A stretch of 64,000 nt of DNA from Anolis carolinensis (taxonomy: Eukaryota): the NCBI RefSeq assembly GCF_035594765.1, contig NW_026943824.1, forward strand, positions 8,140,317-8,204,316, read 5' to 3'. The number at the start of each line of letters is the position of its first letter. The stretch's first letter is position 1. Made by a program: the position numbers and the translations under genes. Shown here in pieces: positions 45,555 to 58,000 of the stretch. The notes under the pieces are model-generated. The model saw only the letters and a list, made by a program, of their open reading frames with translations, was not told the origin of the DNA and did not search any database.

Positions 45555-48500
45555 TTGATTTTTATACCCCGCCCCATCTCCCCAAGAGGACTCGGGGCAG
45601 CTTACATGGGGCCAAGCCCAGGCAGCACACAATATAAAACTCAACAGTAAAAACAAATCATAAACAGATAAAATCATATATGCCAATACACAATAAACAT
45701 ACTTTGATAAAATCCTGGGATGGCTCCTAAAAGGGGAAGTGGGCCAGAAAAGTGTGAATAGTTTTGTACAATACAATTAGGAGAGAGGTGGCTTAGTGTG
45801 TTAAAGCGCTGAGCTGCTGAACTTGCAGACCGAAAGGTCCCAGGTTCAAATCCCAGGAGTGGAATGAGTGCCCGCTGTTAGCCCCAGCTCCTGCCAACCT
45901 AGCAGTTTGAAAACATGCCAATATAAGTAGATCAATAGGTACCGCTCCGGCGGGAAGGTAACAGCGCTCCATGCAGTCATGCTGGCCACATGACCTTGGA
46001 GGTGTCTACGGACAACGCCAGCTCTTCGGCTTAGAAATGGAGATGAGACCAACCCCCAGAGTCGGACACGACTGGACTTAACGTCAGGGGAAACCTTTAC
46101 CTTTAGGTATCAGGGACTATTATCCCATTAAAGTGCTGGAGAAGGCATATACCTAAAGACTATGTATGGCTAAGGAGTAAAAATACTATAAAAGTAGAAT
46201 AAACAACAGGGCATGGCCCCTCTTGCTTCTCCCGGAGGCCCCTGACTCTCACCTCCTTACTTTATTTATTTAATTTAATTTATTTATTTACAACATTTTT
46301 ACCCTGCCTTTCTCACCCAAGGGGACTCAAGGCGACCTACAACACCTGGCAAGATTCAATGCCAAACAATCAATAAAATTAACATGTTTAAAACCATTAA
46401 CAGTAATCAGTAAAAATACATTATACAAACATCAAAAAGCATTAAAAACACATAAATTACTTAATTCCATTCTTCCCTCCCTCCCTCCCTGCAGGCTCCG
46501 GCTCCAGGCATGAGTTCCAGGCCGAGACCAGGAAGCTGCTGGATATCGTGGCCCGATCCCTCTACTCCGAGAAGGAGGTGGGTTGCAGGGACTTCATCAT
46601 ATTGCCATTCATTAGTAACAGCAAGACAGAATTCTGGTTTGCTGTGAGTTTCCTGGGCTGTATGGCCATGTTCCAGAAGCATTCTCTCCTAACGTTTCTC
46701 CCACATCTATGGCAGGCATGCTCAGAGCCTAAAACACGAATCAAGGCACTGCAGACTAAATATCTGACACTTGTATCTGACACTACTGACACTCTCTTTG
46801 GCCCAGTTCCTTTTAGGAGCCAACCCAGGATTTTATCAAAGTACAGTAGAGTCTCACTTATCCAAGCCTCTGGATAATCCAAGCCATTTTTGTAGTCAAT
46901 GTTTTCAATATATCGTGATATTTTGGTGCTAAATTCGTAAATGCAGTAATTACAACATAACATTACTGCGTATCGAACTACTTTTTCTGTCAAATTTGTT
47001 GTATAAAATGATGTTTTGGTGCTTAATTTGTAAAATCATAACTTAATTTGATGTTTAATAGGCTTTTCCTTAATCCTTCCTTATTATCCAAGATATTCGC
47101 TTATCCAAGGTTCTGCCAGTCCATTTAGCTTGGATAAGTGAGACTCTACTGTATGTCTATTTTATGTGACCTTATGAGTTTTATGATCTGTTTTATTGTT
47201 GTGTTTTTGTATTGCCTGTTTGGCCTGGGCTTGGCCCCATGTAAGCCGCCCCGAGTCCCTTCTGGGAGATGGGGTGGGGTATAAAAATAAAATTATTATA
47301 TTATTATATTATAAGTCAACCAGAGAAATCAGCCATAGCAGAGCACTTGATGAAGCAACCTGGACACAGCATATTATTTGAGAACACAGAAATGCTGGAC
47401 CACTCTGACAACCACCATGTCAGATGACACAGAGAAGCCGTTGAAATGCCTGCCATAGATGCAGGCGAAACGTCAGGACAGAATGCTTCTGGAACATTGC
47501 CATACAGCCCAAAAAACTCACAGCAACCCAATGATTCCAGCCATGAAAGCCTTCGAGAACCCATGTTTAATTTTTACCAAAACAGGGTACATCAACATAA
47601 TATATGTGCAATAAAATATCTAGATAAGGCCATGGAGCGTCCTGCGTCCACTCACAAGCTCAGTCTTGTCCCTCAGGTCTTCATCCGGGAGCTGATCTCC
47701 AACGGCAGTGATGCTCTGGAGAAGCTGCGCCACCAACTGCTCTCTGAAGGGAAGGCCTTGCCTGAGCTGGAGATCCACCTGGAGACGGACCCCCAGGAGG
47801 GAACGCTCACTGTGCAGGTGTGGGAGGGGCTGCAAGGCCCCCCTTCCCTCCCTCGGGGCCCCTCAGCAACAAGGGTTTAGAGCCCATTTCCCTCCTGGGC
47901 AGGGAGCAAGGGGCTCTGGGATCCATTGGGCCTCTTGGTCCCATCTGTTTTTTTGCAGGACACCGGGATTGGGATGACAAGGGAAGAGCTGCTGTCCCAC
48001 CTGGGCACCATTGCACGTTCTGGCTCCAAGGTGAGGGGGAGAGTGCTGATGTGGTTTCATCTGCTGCTCTTGGGCGGGGCGGCGGGGGGGGGGGGGGTGG
48101 ACCTCCCTGAAACACCTCTGTGTAACTGTAGGTGCAGCCTTGGTAGAGCATTTCCAACCAGCTGCCAGTTTTAATTTTGCATTTTCCGATTCATCTGTTT
48201 GAACATCTCCAATTTGCCCTGATGGAAATGCACACCCAAAACGGAAGGAGTGGCTGAACTGAGGGCCCTTTCCCTCCCCAGGCCTTTCTGGACCTGATGG
48301 AGAACCAGGCGGAGGTCGGCAGCAGAATCATTGGCCAGTTTGGAGTGGGCTTCTACTCCGCCTTCATGGTGGCTGACCAAGTGGAGGTTTTTTCACAGCC
48401 GGCGGATCCAGGCCTCCCCAGCTACTGCTGGCGTTCAGACGGGTAAAATGGGAAAATAGGGGCTATGGGGAGGAGGAGTGCACTTGGGGGCCGTGGGAAT

Positions 48501-51500
48501 GGGGACGGTGGGAAGGGGCCTATGCTGCTGACCCTGGCCTGTTGTCCCCCCTCCGCTTGAAGGAGACAAAGCTGGGATTGAACGTTTTCTTTGGAAGGTT
48601 CAGTAAAGTGTTTACTGCGTGCACAGCGACTGGAAAAGAGTAGCGCTTAATGTTATTATTATTAATTTATTTATAATCTGCTTTTTCTTGTGACTCCAGT
48701 TGGGGTACAATGGTTTTAAAACAGAGAGATAAAACAAAAACACGTATAAGAATTACACACAGGTAAAATAAAGATTGAATTTCACCAGTAAACGCAGATT
48801 GAAGTTCACAGACATGGTAACACTGATAGAGACCAGATTCTTCAAACTGTGGTGGCTCTGTGGCCTGAATGGCCACTGCTTGGATCTGATCACGGGAGAG
48901 AATTCATCTTCAGGACTTCCCTTCAGCGTGTAGTTTTTTGAAACGGAGCTTGTGTTTCCGGTTCTAGTTCTGGCACCTTTGAGATCACCGAAGCCTCCGG
49001 AGTCCAAGGTGGGACTAAAATCATCCTCCACCTCAAAGAGGACTGCAAGGAATTTGCCAGCGAGGAACGTGTCAAGGGTGAGATGTCAGGCCTCTTCTGA
49101 ACATGGTGCTGCTGCTGCTATGGGCCACAGAGAAGGGGGCTTGGGAAGCCACAGAGTCCCGTTGTCTGGGGTCCAGACCTGTCTTCCTCTCAGGCATCCC
49201 TTCTGGGCAAGGAAGTCCCTCTCGTCCTGTCTGTCATAGTCTCTGAATGCTCCAGGCTCCAGGGTAGTTTGGGGGGGGGGGGGTCCCTTGAGTGAGGTGA
49301 ACCTTCAGAGCCATCTTTTGCATTTCACAGAGATCATCACAAAATACAGCAACTTCGTCAGTTTCCCCATCTACCTGAATGGGCGACGCATCAACACCTT
49401 GCAGGTAAAGAGGGAGTGGGGGTAGTAGCCAAAAGGAGAGGACGACAGAACTTGTTCCCCTTGTAGTTCTCAAGGTCTGTCCAAATGCAGGGAGGTGGGA
49501 CAGCTGTGGGTTCCGGGACTGAGCTGGCTGTCCTCTTGTGGAAACCCTTTAAGCTGGGTTTGGGGTTCTGAGCTCTTTCTTCCCCCCAGGCCCTGTGGAC
49601 GATGGATCCCAAGGACATTGGGGACTGGCAGCACAAGGAGTTTTACCGCTTCATTGCCCAGGCGCATGACGAGCCGCGCTACATCCTCCACTACAAGACT
49701 GATGCTCCCCTCAACATCCGCAGCCTCTTCTACGTCCCCCAGATGGTGAGCCACCTAGACAGGGGGTTGAGGGACAGACAGATGGGGAAAGAAGGGAGGA
49801 GGCTGACCAGACCTGGAGGGTAGGGGTTGCTTCCCCTCCCCCTCCACTTGTCCCCCTTTACATCATTTCCCTGCTTTCCTTCATGCTGCACTTTCAGAAA
49901 CCCTCCATGTTTGATGTCAGCCGGGAGCTGGGCTCCAGCGTGGCCCTCTACAGCCGCAAGGTCTTGATCCTGACGAAAGCCACAGACATCTTGCCCAAGT
50001 GGCTGCGCTTCCTCAAAGGTAGCCAGAGGCCTTAGGAAGGGGAACAGGGCCTCCTTCCTGCCTCCGTTGCCTCACACCATTCCTCCCTTCCGCCACAGGT
50101 GTTGTGGACAGTGAGGACATCCCCCTCAACCTCAGCCGGGAGCTGCTTCAGGAGAGTGTCCTCATCAGGTGAGGAGGGCACTTGGATCTGGGTTCAGGGA
50201 GGGAGGAAGGCAGAGGGCAACCTGCAGCCCTTCCCAGTGTCACGGCTTCACTTTGCCTGGTCATACCATGGTACGGGGCTGTCTGTCCCCGAGCCTATTG
50301 TACCTTGGGCCAAGGAGGCCTGTGACCTGGTGCGCATCTCTCCCTCACCATTGGACCTGGAGCCTCAAGGGGAAAGATCCATCAAAGTCCCGGTGGCAAG
50401 TTCCTGGCCCAGGGGAGGACTAAGTAGCCTCTTAGAATCATAGAATAGTAGAGTTGGAAGAGACCTCATTGGCCATCTAGTCCAACCCCCTCTTCCTCCA
50501 GACTCCACATCCAAGCAAGGCCTCTTGCCCCTTCCCTCCTGGACTGAGTCTTAGTGCTGGGCCTCCTCCCTCCACTTTCCTCAGGAAGCTGCGAGACGTC
50601 CTGCAGCAGCGACTGATTAGGTTCTTTGTGGAGCAGAGCAAGAAGGACCCTGAGAAGTACGCCAAGTTCTTTGAGGACTATGGACTGTTCATGCGGGAGG
50701 GAATCGTCACCATTGCCGAGCAGGAGGTCAAGGTGCGCCCAGCAGGAGGCCCTGGAGGGCAGGCAGCCCCATCCCTCCCGTGGGATTGAACTTGGGGGAG
50801 AGAGAGGAGGGAGGGGGCCAAGCAACGGCATGGTGGGGCTGACTGCTCCTGCTGGGGGAACTCTGGCCCTTTGCAGGAGGACATTGCAAAGCTGCTGCGC
50901 TATGAGTCCTCAGCACTCCCCGCTGGGCAGCTGACCAGCCTCCCAGAGTATGCCACCCGCATGGCCCCCGGCAGCAGGAACATCTACTACCTGTGCGCTC
51001 CCAGCCGCCAACTGGCCGAACGCTCCCCCTACTATGAAGCCATGAAGAAGAAGGAGGCCGAGGTGAGGCGGGCAAGGAGGGACCTAGCTCTGGCCGGGGG
51101 AGGATCCTATTTATACATGTATTGAATAAATAAATACATACATACATACATTTTGGAAGTGGACCCTTGGCTGAGTGACACTCAGATGCTGAGGGCCCTG
51201 CCAAGGGCTCCCAGGGGGAGGCTGCATTTGGGTGACCCAAGAGATAAGCACTCCCTGGCACGACAGTTTGGGAACAAGGCCATTCTGTTTTTCCCGCCTC
51301 CAGGTCCTCTTCTGCTATGAGCAGTTTGACGAACTGACTCTCCTGCACCTGCGGGAGTTCGACAAGAAGAAGCTCATGTCAGTGGAGACTGACATTGTGG
51401 TTGACCACTACAAGGAGGAGGCGTTTGAGGAGAAGCAGCCAGGTGGATGCCACAGGGGTTTGGGAATTTGGAGCTGTGGCTGGTCATGATGCCACCCCCT

Positions 51501-54500
51501 TGGAGAAAGGGATGGGGGCCAGGGCTGGTAGGCTGCCTATCTCTTCCCACCATCCCTAACTCCCCTTGTGCCCCCCACTGCAGCGGAGGAGGGCCTGAGC
51601 CCACAGGATACAGAAGAACTCATGGCTTGGATGAGGAATGTATTGGGCACACGAGTCAGTGCCATCAAGGTGAGAGAAAGGCCCAAGTGACACTCTCCCT
51701 GGTCTCCTTCCTGGCTGTTTGTAAGAGATGCACAGCTGCCTGAAGGGTCCTGCTGTGAAGCCCTGTGTCTCGCCCTGCTCCCTGACTGCCTTGTTGTTCA
51801 GCTCCTCTCTGCCTCCCAGGGCTCTAAGGAAAGGTGGCCGAGGGAGCTTTTCTCTTCTCAGAGAGGACTGCCTGTCTGACCAGCCCTTGCCTTTTCCCTT
51901 ATCCACCTCAGAGAACTTGTGCACACATGGCCTTGCCTCCTGGGAGGACGGGATGCAGTCTATAATAATAATAATAATAATTTTATATTTATTTATTTAT
52001 TTATTTATTTATTTACAGCATTTATATTCCGCCCTTCTCACCCCGAAGGGGACTCAGGGCGGATCACATTACACATATAGGCAAACATTCAATGCCTTTT
52101 AACATAGAACAAAGACAAGACAAACATAGGCTCTGAGCGGGCCTCGAACTCATGACCTCCTGGTCAGAGTGATTCATTGCAGCTGGTTACAGCTGGCTTG
52201 CTCTCCAGCCTGCGCCACAGCTTGAGTATAATAAAGTAATAAATAATTACTTTATTATTATCTCCCCGGAGGGACTCGAGGCGGCTCACATGGGGACCAA
52301 GCCAAATAATGTACAATAAAATACATCAGTAATTATAACATGTAAAAGCAAAACATATAAAATCAATTTAAAACAGCTCAGCAAGGCACAGTGAGTGTCT
52401 AGTTGGCGTGGCTTCTCTTTGGGGGGGTGGAGGAGGGCAAGGGGGTTGTTGGTTGGGGCTGGGCAGGGAGAAAGAGACCACCTTTGGACACAGCCCGGCC
52501 TCGCTTCCTTTCTGCCCACAGGTCACCCCGCGCCTAGACACGCACCCAGCTATGATTACAGTGCTGGAGATGGGAGCTGCCCGGCACTTCCTGCGCATGC
52601 AGCAGCTGGCCAAGAGCAGTGAGGAGCGGGCACAGATCCTGCAGCCCACGTTGGAGATCAACGCAGGGTCAGTGTGAAGGGGGGATTGGGGGGGAGATGC
52701 TGCCAGGGGGAGGGAAGGGGGCAGTGGAACATGAAACAAGGCCTCACTCTCCAATTTCCCTCCCTCCATCCCACCCTCCAGGCACACTCTGATCCAGAAG
52801 CTCAGCCAGCTGCGGATCTCTCAGCCAGACCTGGCCCAGATGCTGCTTGAGCAGGTGAGGCCCAAAGTGCTGCAGGGAGGGACTTAGGGCACTGAAAGGA
52901 AGCATTACTGTGATCTCAAATAATTCCCCCCAGGCAGGAAGCAGCCAGGCTTTCCTGCTTCTTGGCAGGGGGGTGGACTGGATGGCCTATGAGGTCTCTT
53001 CCAACTCTTCCCACCCTTGCGTCTTTTAAAAAGCAGTTAAAAACTTGGTTTTTTCACTGAGCATTTGAATAACTCAGTCCCCATGTCCTAAATTAAATAA
53101 ATATATTTCTCACACACTGTTCCTGCTTTATAATTAACCGGATGCCGATCCCTTCTAAACGATTTTTAAAAAAAAATTCCATCTTGTCCCACAGCACTTT
53201 ATAACAATACAGTAGAGTCTCACTTATCCAAGCTAAACGGGCCGGCAGAAGCTTGGATAAGCAAATATCTTGGATAATAAGGAGGGATTAAGGAAAAGCC
53301 TATTGAACATCAAACTAGGTTACGATTTTACACATTAAGAACCAAAACATCATGTTTTACAACTAATTTGACAGAAAACGCAGTTCAATAATGTTATGTT
53401 GTATTTACACCAAAATTAGCACCAAAATATCATGATATATTGAAAACATTGACTACAAAAATGGCTTGGATAATCCAGAAACTTGGATAAGTGAGGCTTG
53501 GATAAGTGAGACTCTACTGTATTACTGCACTTTAGTTCAAATGTCCCCTCTATACTACCCCCCTCCATTAACCTTGTGCTTCATTCAATTTTATAATAAT
53601 AATAATAACTTTATTTTTATACCCCGCCCCATCTCCCCAGTGGGGACTCGGAGCGGCTTACATGGGGACCGAGCCTGAAACGTACAGCAATAAAACGATA
53701 AAACAATTATTCCAACAGTAAAACATCAATATCAATAAAACCATCATAAAAATCAACATACAGCATAAAATGTTAAAAACAGGAGACTAAAACAAGGATC
53801 TGGGCCAAAGTGCAGAATATATCAAAATGGGAGAGGTAGTTTCTCAGTCAAAGTAGTCCATAAAGTGCAAAGTAGTAGTGGCAGAATATCCTGTAGTTGG
53901 ATGGGCAGATAGTTCAACCTAATAATTGTCGATTAATTTTACTATGTCTGTACTCATTTTATGCTTTTATATGAGTTTTATGATCATTGTAATGTATTGT
54001 TTTATAGTGTTGATTTTATTGTGGTTTTATTTATTGTAATGTGTTTTAACTGTTGTATTTGTTTTGTTATCCGCCCTGAGCCCCTGTTGGGAGATAGTAA
54101 GAATAAACTTACTATGATTCTATGAAGTTGCAAGGCCATTCAGTGCTAATCAAGCTGGCTGATTGCAATATTCACACTTGCCTCAAGCAGACTAGAGTTC
54201 TTTCTCCCACCCTGGACATCATTCCATAGATATATAAACCTCATTTGCCTAGTTTCCAACAGACCTCACAACAGGGTTGTTGTATGTCTTTTCGGCTGTG
54301 TGGCCATGTTCCAGAAGTATTCTCTCCTGATGTTTCGCCCACATCTATGGTAGGCATCCTCAGAGGCTGTGAGGCATTCCATGCAGCCTCTGAGGATGCC
54401 TGCCATAGATGTGGGCGAAACGTCAGGAGAGAATACTTCTGGAACATGGCCACACAGCCCAAAAGACATACAACAACCCTGTGATCCCAGCCATGAAAAC

Positions 54501-54778
54501 CTTCGACAACAGACCTCACAACCTCCGAGGATGCCTGCCATAGATATGGGCAAAACATCAGGAGGGAATGCTTCTGGAACAGGGCCATACAGTCCGGAAA
54601 ACTCACAGCAACCCAGAATGGATCTGGTTCGTCATTTGGAGACCACTTGTATTCAGCTTCTTCTTTTCTGGCCCAGATCTACGACAACGCCATGATCGCG
54701 GCCGGCCTGAGCGACGACCCCCGACCCATGGTCAGCCGACTGAACCAGCTCCTGGCCAGAGCCCTGGAGAAGCACTGA
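44189..54778 (+). CDS. TRAP1: Mitochondrial HSP90 chaperone TRAP1 (~706 aa, 17 exons)
   Basis: Exons 44189-44441, 46495-46577, 47677-47817, 47959-48030, 48282-48442, 48968-49077, 49331-49404, 49590-49745, 49898-50018, 50099-50168, 50585-50732, 50877-51062, 51304-51442, 51584-51669, 52522-52667, 52782-52854, 54677-54778. Arg-rich presequence; peptides [66 protein letters not shown]; ends LLARALEKH*. Confidence 0.97.
44480..44905 (-). mobile_element. L1-like LINE 3' fragment
   Basis: Minus-strand open frame [27 protein letters not shown]...[10 protein letters not shown] resembles an L1 ORF2 C-terminus and has an A-rich tail. Confidence 0.45.
44916..45371 (+). mobile_element. Non-autonomous Helitron
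   Basis: A|TC...GCATGGCCGGGCACAGCTAG|T. Confidence 0.75.
45391..45510 (+). mobile_element. R4/Dong LINE extreme 3' end embedded in (TAA)n
   Basis: Near-identical to 58970-59090, with TAA repeats on both sides. Confidence 0.75.
45785..46105 (+). mobile_element. Sauria-type SINE
   Basis: Full family body and ACCTTT tail. Confidence 0.85.
46844..47151. mobile_element. Tc1/mariner MITE
   Basis: Intact TIRs with TA duplication. The host repeat without the insertion is visible at 27950-28080 (...AAAGTACAGTATGTC...). Confidence 0.85.
47316..47560 (+). mobile_element. Penelope-like fragment
   Basis: [34 protein letters not shown] (GIY-YIG region) followed by the GCGAAACGTCAGG terminal repeat. Confidence 0.7.
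53210..53519. mobile_element. Tc1/mariner MITE
   Basis: Family TIRs with TA flanks. Confidence 0.85.
54120..54615. mobile_element. Penelope-like terminal-repeat cluster with inverted and tandem copies
   Basis: 54272-54366 is inverted relative to 54387-54482; a further direct copy lies at 54505-54615. Confidence 0.7.
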
Positions 54779-54857
54779 GGCTCACGAGAAGGACTGACCA
54801 GAGAGAGAGAGAGAGAGAGAGAAGCCCCACTCTATTTAATTCCCCTTCCTTCCCTTC

Positions 54858-54863
54858 AATAAA
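54858..54863 (+). terminator. TRAP1 polyadenylation signal
   Basis: AATAAA 80 nt after the stop. Confidence 0.75.
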
Positions 54864-54939
54864 GACCCTTCTGTTCCCCTTCTGTGTCCAGCGACTCTTG
54901 TCTCTCCCTCGACGCTCCGGGCGCCCTTCTCTATGGCAG

Positions 54940-55006
54940 GGAAGGAGGAGTGAGTTCGGCCACGCCCCCTCCTCCTGTCGCGCATGCGCACCGCTCGGAG
55001 CCCGGG
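54940..55006 (+). promoter_or_regulatory. SLX4 proximal promoter with an NRF1 palindrome
   Basis: GCGCATGCGC at 54980-54989 and a GGCCACGCCCC Sp/KLF box, in a CpG-rich stretch immediately 5' of the ATG. Confidence 0.6.
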
Positions 55007-58000
55007 ATGGGCGACTCGGAGGACGAGTTCCGGCAGCAGCAGCGATGGCGGCAGGCGGGAGAGGGGGAAGCAAAGCGGAAGCGCGGCGGCTCTTCCCGGG
55101 AGGCTTCCTCCAAGCGGCGCCGGAGGGCGAAAAGCAAAGAGGAAGAGGCGGACCTGCAGCTGGCGCTGGCCCTCTCCCGCTCCCTCCACCCGGAAGAGGA
55201 GGAATCCCGGAAGCAGCGCCCTCTGGAGGCGGAGGCGAGGAAGCGCAGGAAGAAGGGCACTTCCGGAGCAGGTCAGGCAAACCTGGGCCTTTATTCCAGG
55301 TGTTTTGGACTACAACTCCCACACGCTTGAACCCTCCTTCCTATGACTTACCCTCACACTTTGAACCCTCCTCATGTCTCCTCTCAGCCTTCTCTTCTGT
55401 GGCTACACATGCCCAGCTCTTTAAGCCACTCCTCATAGGGATTATTCTCAATACATTTCTCATCCAAGCTAGGAGCTCTTCCGGATGATTGTTTAATATT
55501 TTAATTGTGTCTGTTTTAAATCATGACTTGTTAATTTGTTTTTTAAATGCATTCTTGATGCCTTAACTGTTGATTTTATGATATTATATGATTGCATTGG
55601 GCTTGCCCCTGTGTGAGCCGCTCCGAGTCCCCGTTGGGGAGATGGAGGCGGCATACAAAAATAAAATTATTATTATATTTTATTTTATGACACAGCAAAC
55701 AAGATAGATATACTGGATTTCCTATCACAAAATCACAAGTCAAACACTTCCCAAGTGTCTAGGACTGTGTGATGTATTTTTGGATGATGTGTGTAGATTC
55801 CAGTAGGGTGGTCTTTTGCAGTTGGCAGATCATAATTTTGTCAATGTCTATTGTTTCCAAATGCCGGCTGAGATCTTTTGGCACGGCACCCAATGTGCCG
55901 ATCACCACTGGGACCACCTGCACTGGTTTCTGCCAGAGTCTTTGAAGTTCAATCTTGAGGTCCTGATAGCGGCTGAGTTTTTCCTGTTGTTTTTCGTCAA
56001 TGCGACTGTCACCTGGGATGGCGACATCAATGATCCAAACCTTTTTCTTTTCCACAACTGTGATGTCTGGTGTGTTGTGTTCCAGAACTTTGTCAGTCTG
56101 AATTCGGAAGTCCCACAGTATCTTTGCATGCTCATTTTCCACAACCTTTGCAGGTTTGCAGTTCTTTACTGCAGGGAGGTGGTACTTGAGGCATAAGTTC
56201 CAATGAATCATTTGGGCCACATAGTTGTGCCTCTGTTTGTCTGTGCAATTTTCTTATAGCAGCTGAGGAGGTGATAAATGGTTTCGGCGGTTTCCTTGCA
56301 CAGTCTGCATTTTGGGTCATCAACTGATTTTTCGATCTTGGCCTTGATTGCATTTGTTCTGATGGCTTGCTCCTGGGCTGCAAGGATCAGGCCTTCTGTC
56401 TCCTTCTTCAGGGTCCCATTCGTGAGCCAGAGCCAGGTCTTCTCCTTATCAGCTTTTCCTTCAATTTTGTCAAGGAACTTTCCATGCAATGTTTTGTTGT
56501 GCCAGCTGTCAGCTCTAGTTTGTAGTGCGGATTTCTTGTACTGGTTTTTTGTCTGCTGTGCTTTGAGGAGTTTCTGATTTTTGACTTCAATCAAAGCAGG
56601 TTCTTCACTTTGCTTGACATATTCTGCCAGGGCATGTTCTTCTTCTTTGACTGCTTGTTTGACTTGTAAGAGTCCTCTGCCCCCTGATCTTCTAGGCAGA
56701 TACAGCCGGTCAACATCACTGCGAGGGTGCAGGGAATGATGAATGGTCATGAGTTTTCTTGTTTTTCTGTCCAAATTATCCAGTTCCGCCTGTGTCCAGT
56801 TTATGATGCCAGCAGTATATCTTATGACAGGTATGGCCCAGGTGTTTATGGCCTTGATGGTGTTGCCTCCATTGAGCTTGCTTTTGAGAATTTTTCTGAC
56901 CCTTTGTGTGTATTCTTTGCTGACCAGTTTTCACATGTTCATGCTTGATGTTGTCCAGCTGTAATATGCCCAGATATTTATAGGCCTCTGGCTGGTGACA
57001 CTTTATTGTTTGGCCATTAGGCATATTTATGCCCTCACTTTCAGTGATTTTTCCCTTCTTCAATGCCACTGTTGAACATTTGTCCAAACCAAACTCCATG
57101 CTGATATCAGTGCTAAAAATTCGGACAGTGTTAGTCAGAGACTGGATTTCAGTTTCCGTTTTCCCATACAGCTTCAGGTCATCCATGTACATCAGATGCG
57201 AAATTTTGTGAGATTTCTTAGATGTTTGATAGCCAAGATTTGTTTTTTGTAAGATTGTTGACAGAGGGATCATGGCAATAATGAAAAGCAGAGGGGACAA
57301 TGAGTCTCCCTGGAAAATTCCTCTCCCGATGTTGACAAGTCCATAGCTTTCATTTCCAATAAACAGTTCAGTTTTCCAGTGCTCCATCATGTTTTCAATA
57401 AAGGTGCCAATGTTTTTANNNNNNNNNNNNNNNNNNNNNNNNNNNNNNNNNNNNNNNNNNNNNNNNNNNNNNNNNNNNNNNNNNNNNNNNNNNNNNNNNN
57501 NNNNNNNNNNNNNNNNNNNNNNNNNNNNNNNNNNNNNNNNNNNNNNNNNNNNNNNNNNNNNNNNNNATCATTTGAGTCGCCCTCCTCTGGACACTTTCCA
57601 GCTTGTTGACATCTCCCTCAAACTGCAGTGCCCAGAATTGGACACAGTGTGATTCTAGGTGTGGTCTGACCAAGGCAGAATAGAGGGGAACATGACTTCC
57701 TTGGATCTAGACACTAGACTCCTTTTAGTGCAGGCCATAATCCCATTGGCTTTTTTAGCTGCCACATGACATTGTTGGCTCATGTTTAACTTGTTGTCCT
57801 CTTCCTTTTCATCTCCTCTTCTTTCTGCTGCAGGGAGGGGCCGCTGCCGGAAGCCCCCCCGCTCTCCGCCTCCACTGCTGCTGCCGCAGGACCCAGCCAA
57901 GACCCGCCAGGAGACGGAGGCCCGTGTGGCTTCACTGCTGCTGCGGCCTGAGGCGGCACCGCCTCCCCGCACCCCTCCGCTGCCATCCAGCCGCCTCTGG

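Noticed and set aside
48557-48940. Non-GC-rich insert in TRAP1 intron 5 ending in a T-run (possible Pol III ncRNA or snoRNA)
   Set aside because: I could not support box motifs or a family match; it is probably an unclassified repeat.
54568-55488. 306-aa plus-strand ORF spanning the TRAP1 end and SLX4 start
   Set aside because: It is out of frame with both real CDSs, starts in a Penelope repeat, and is low-complexity.
57419-57566. Gap as a hiding place for SLX4 UBZ exons
   Set aside because: The motifs that flank the UBZs in human are already joined in exon 1 upstream of the gap, and the gap is bounded by LINE fragments. Its true size is unknown, so this is not fully excluded.
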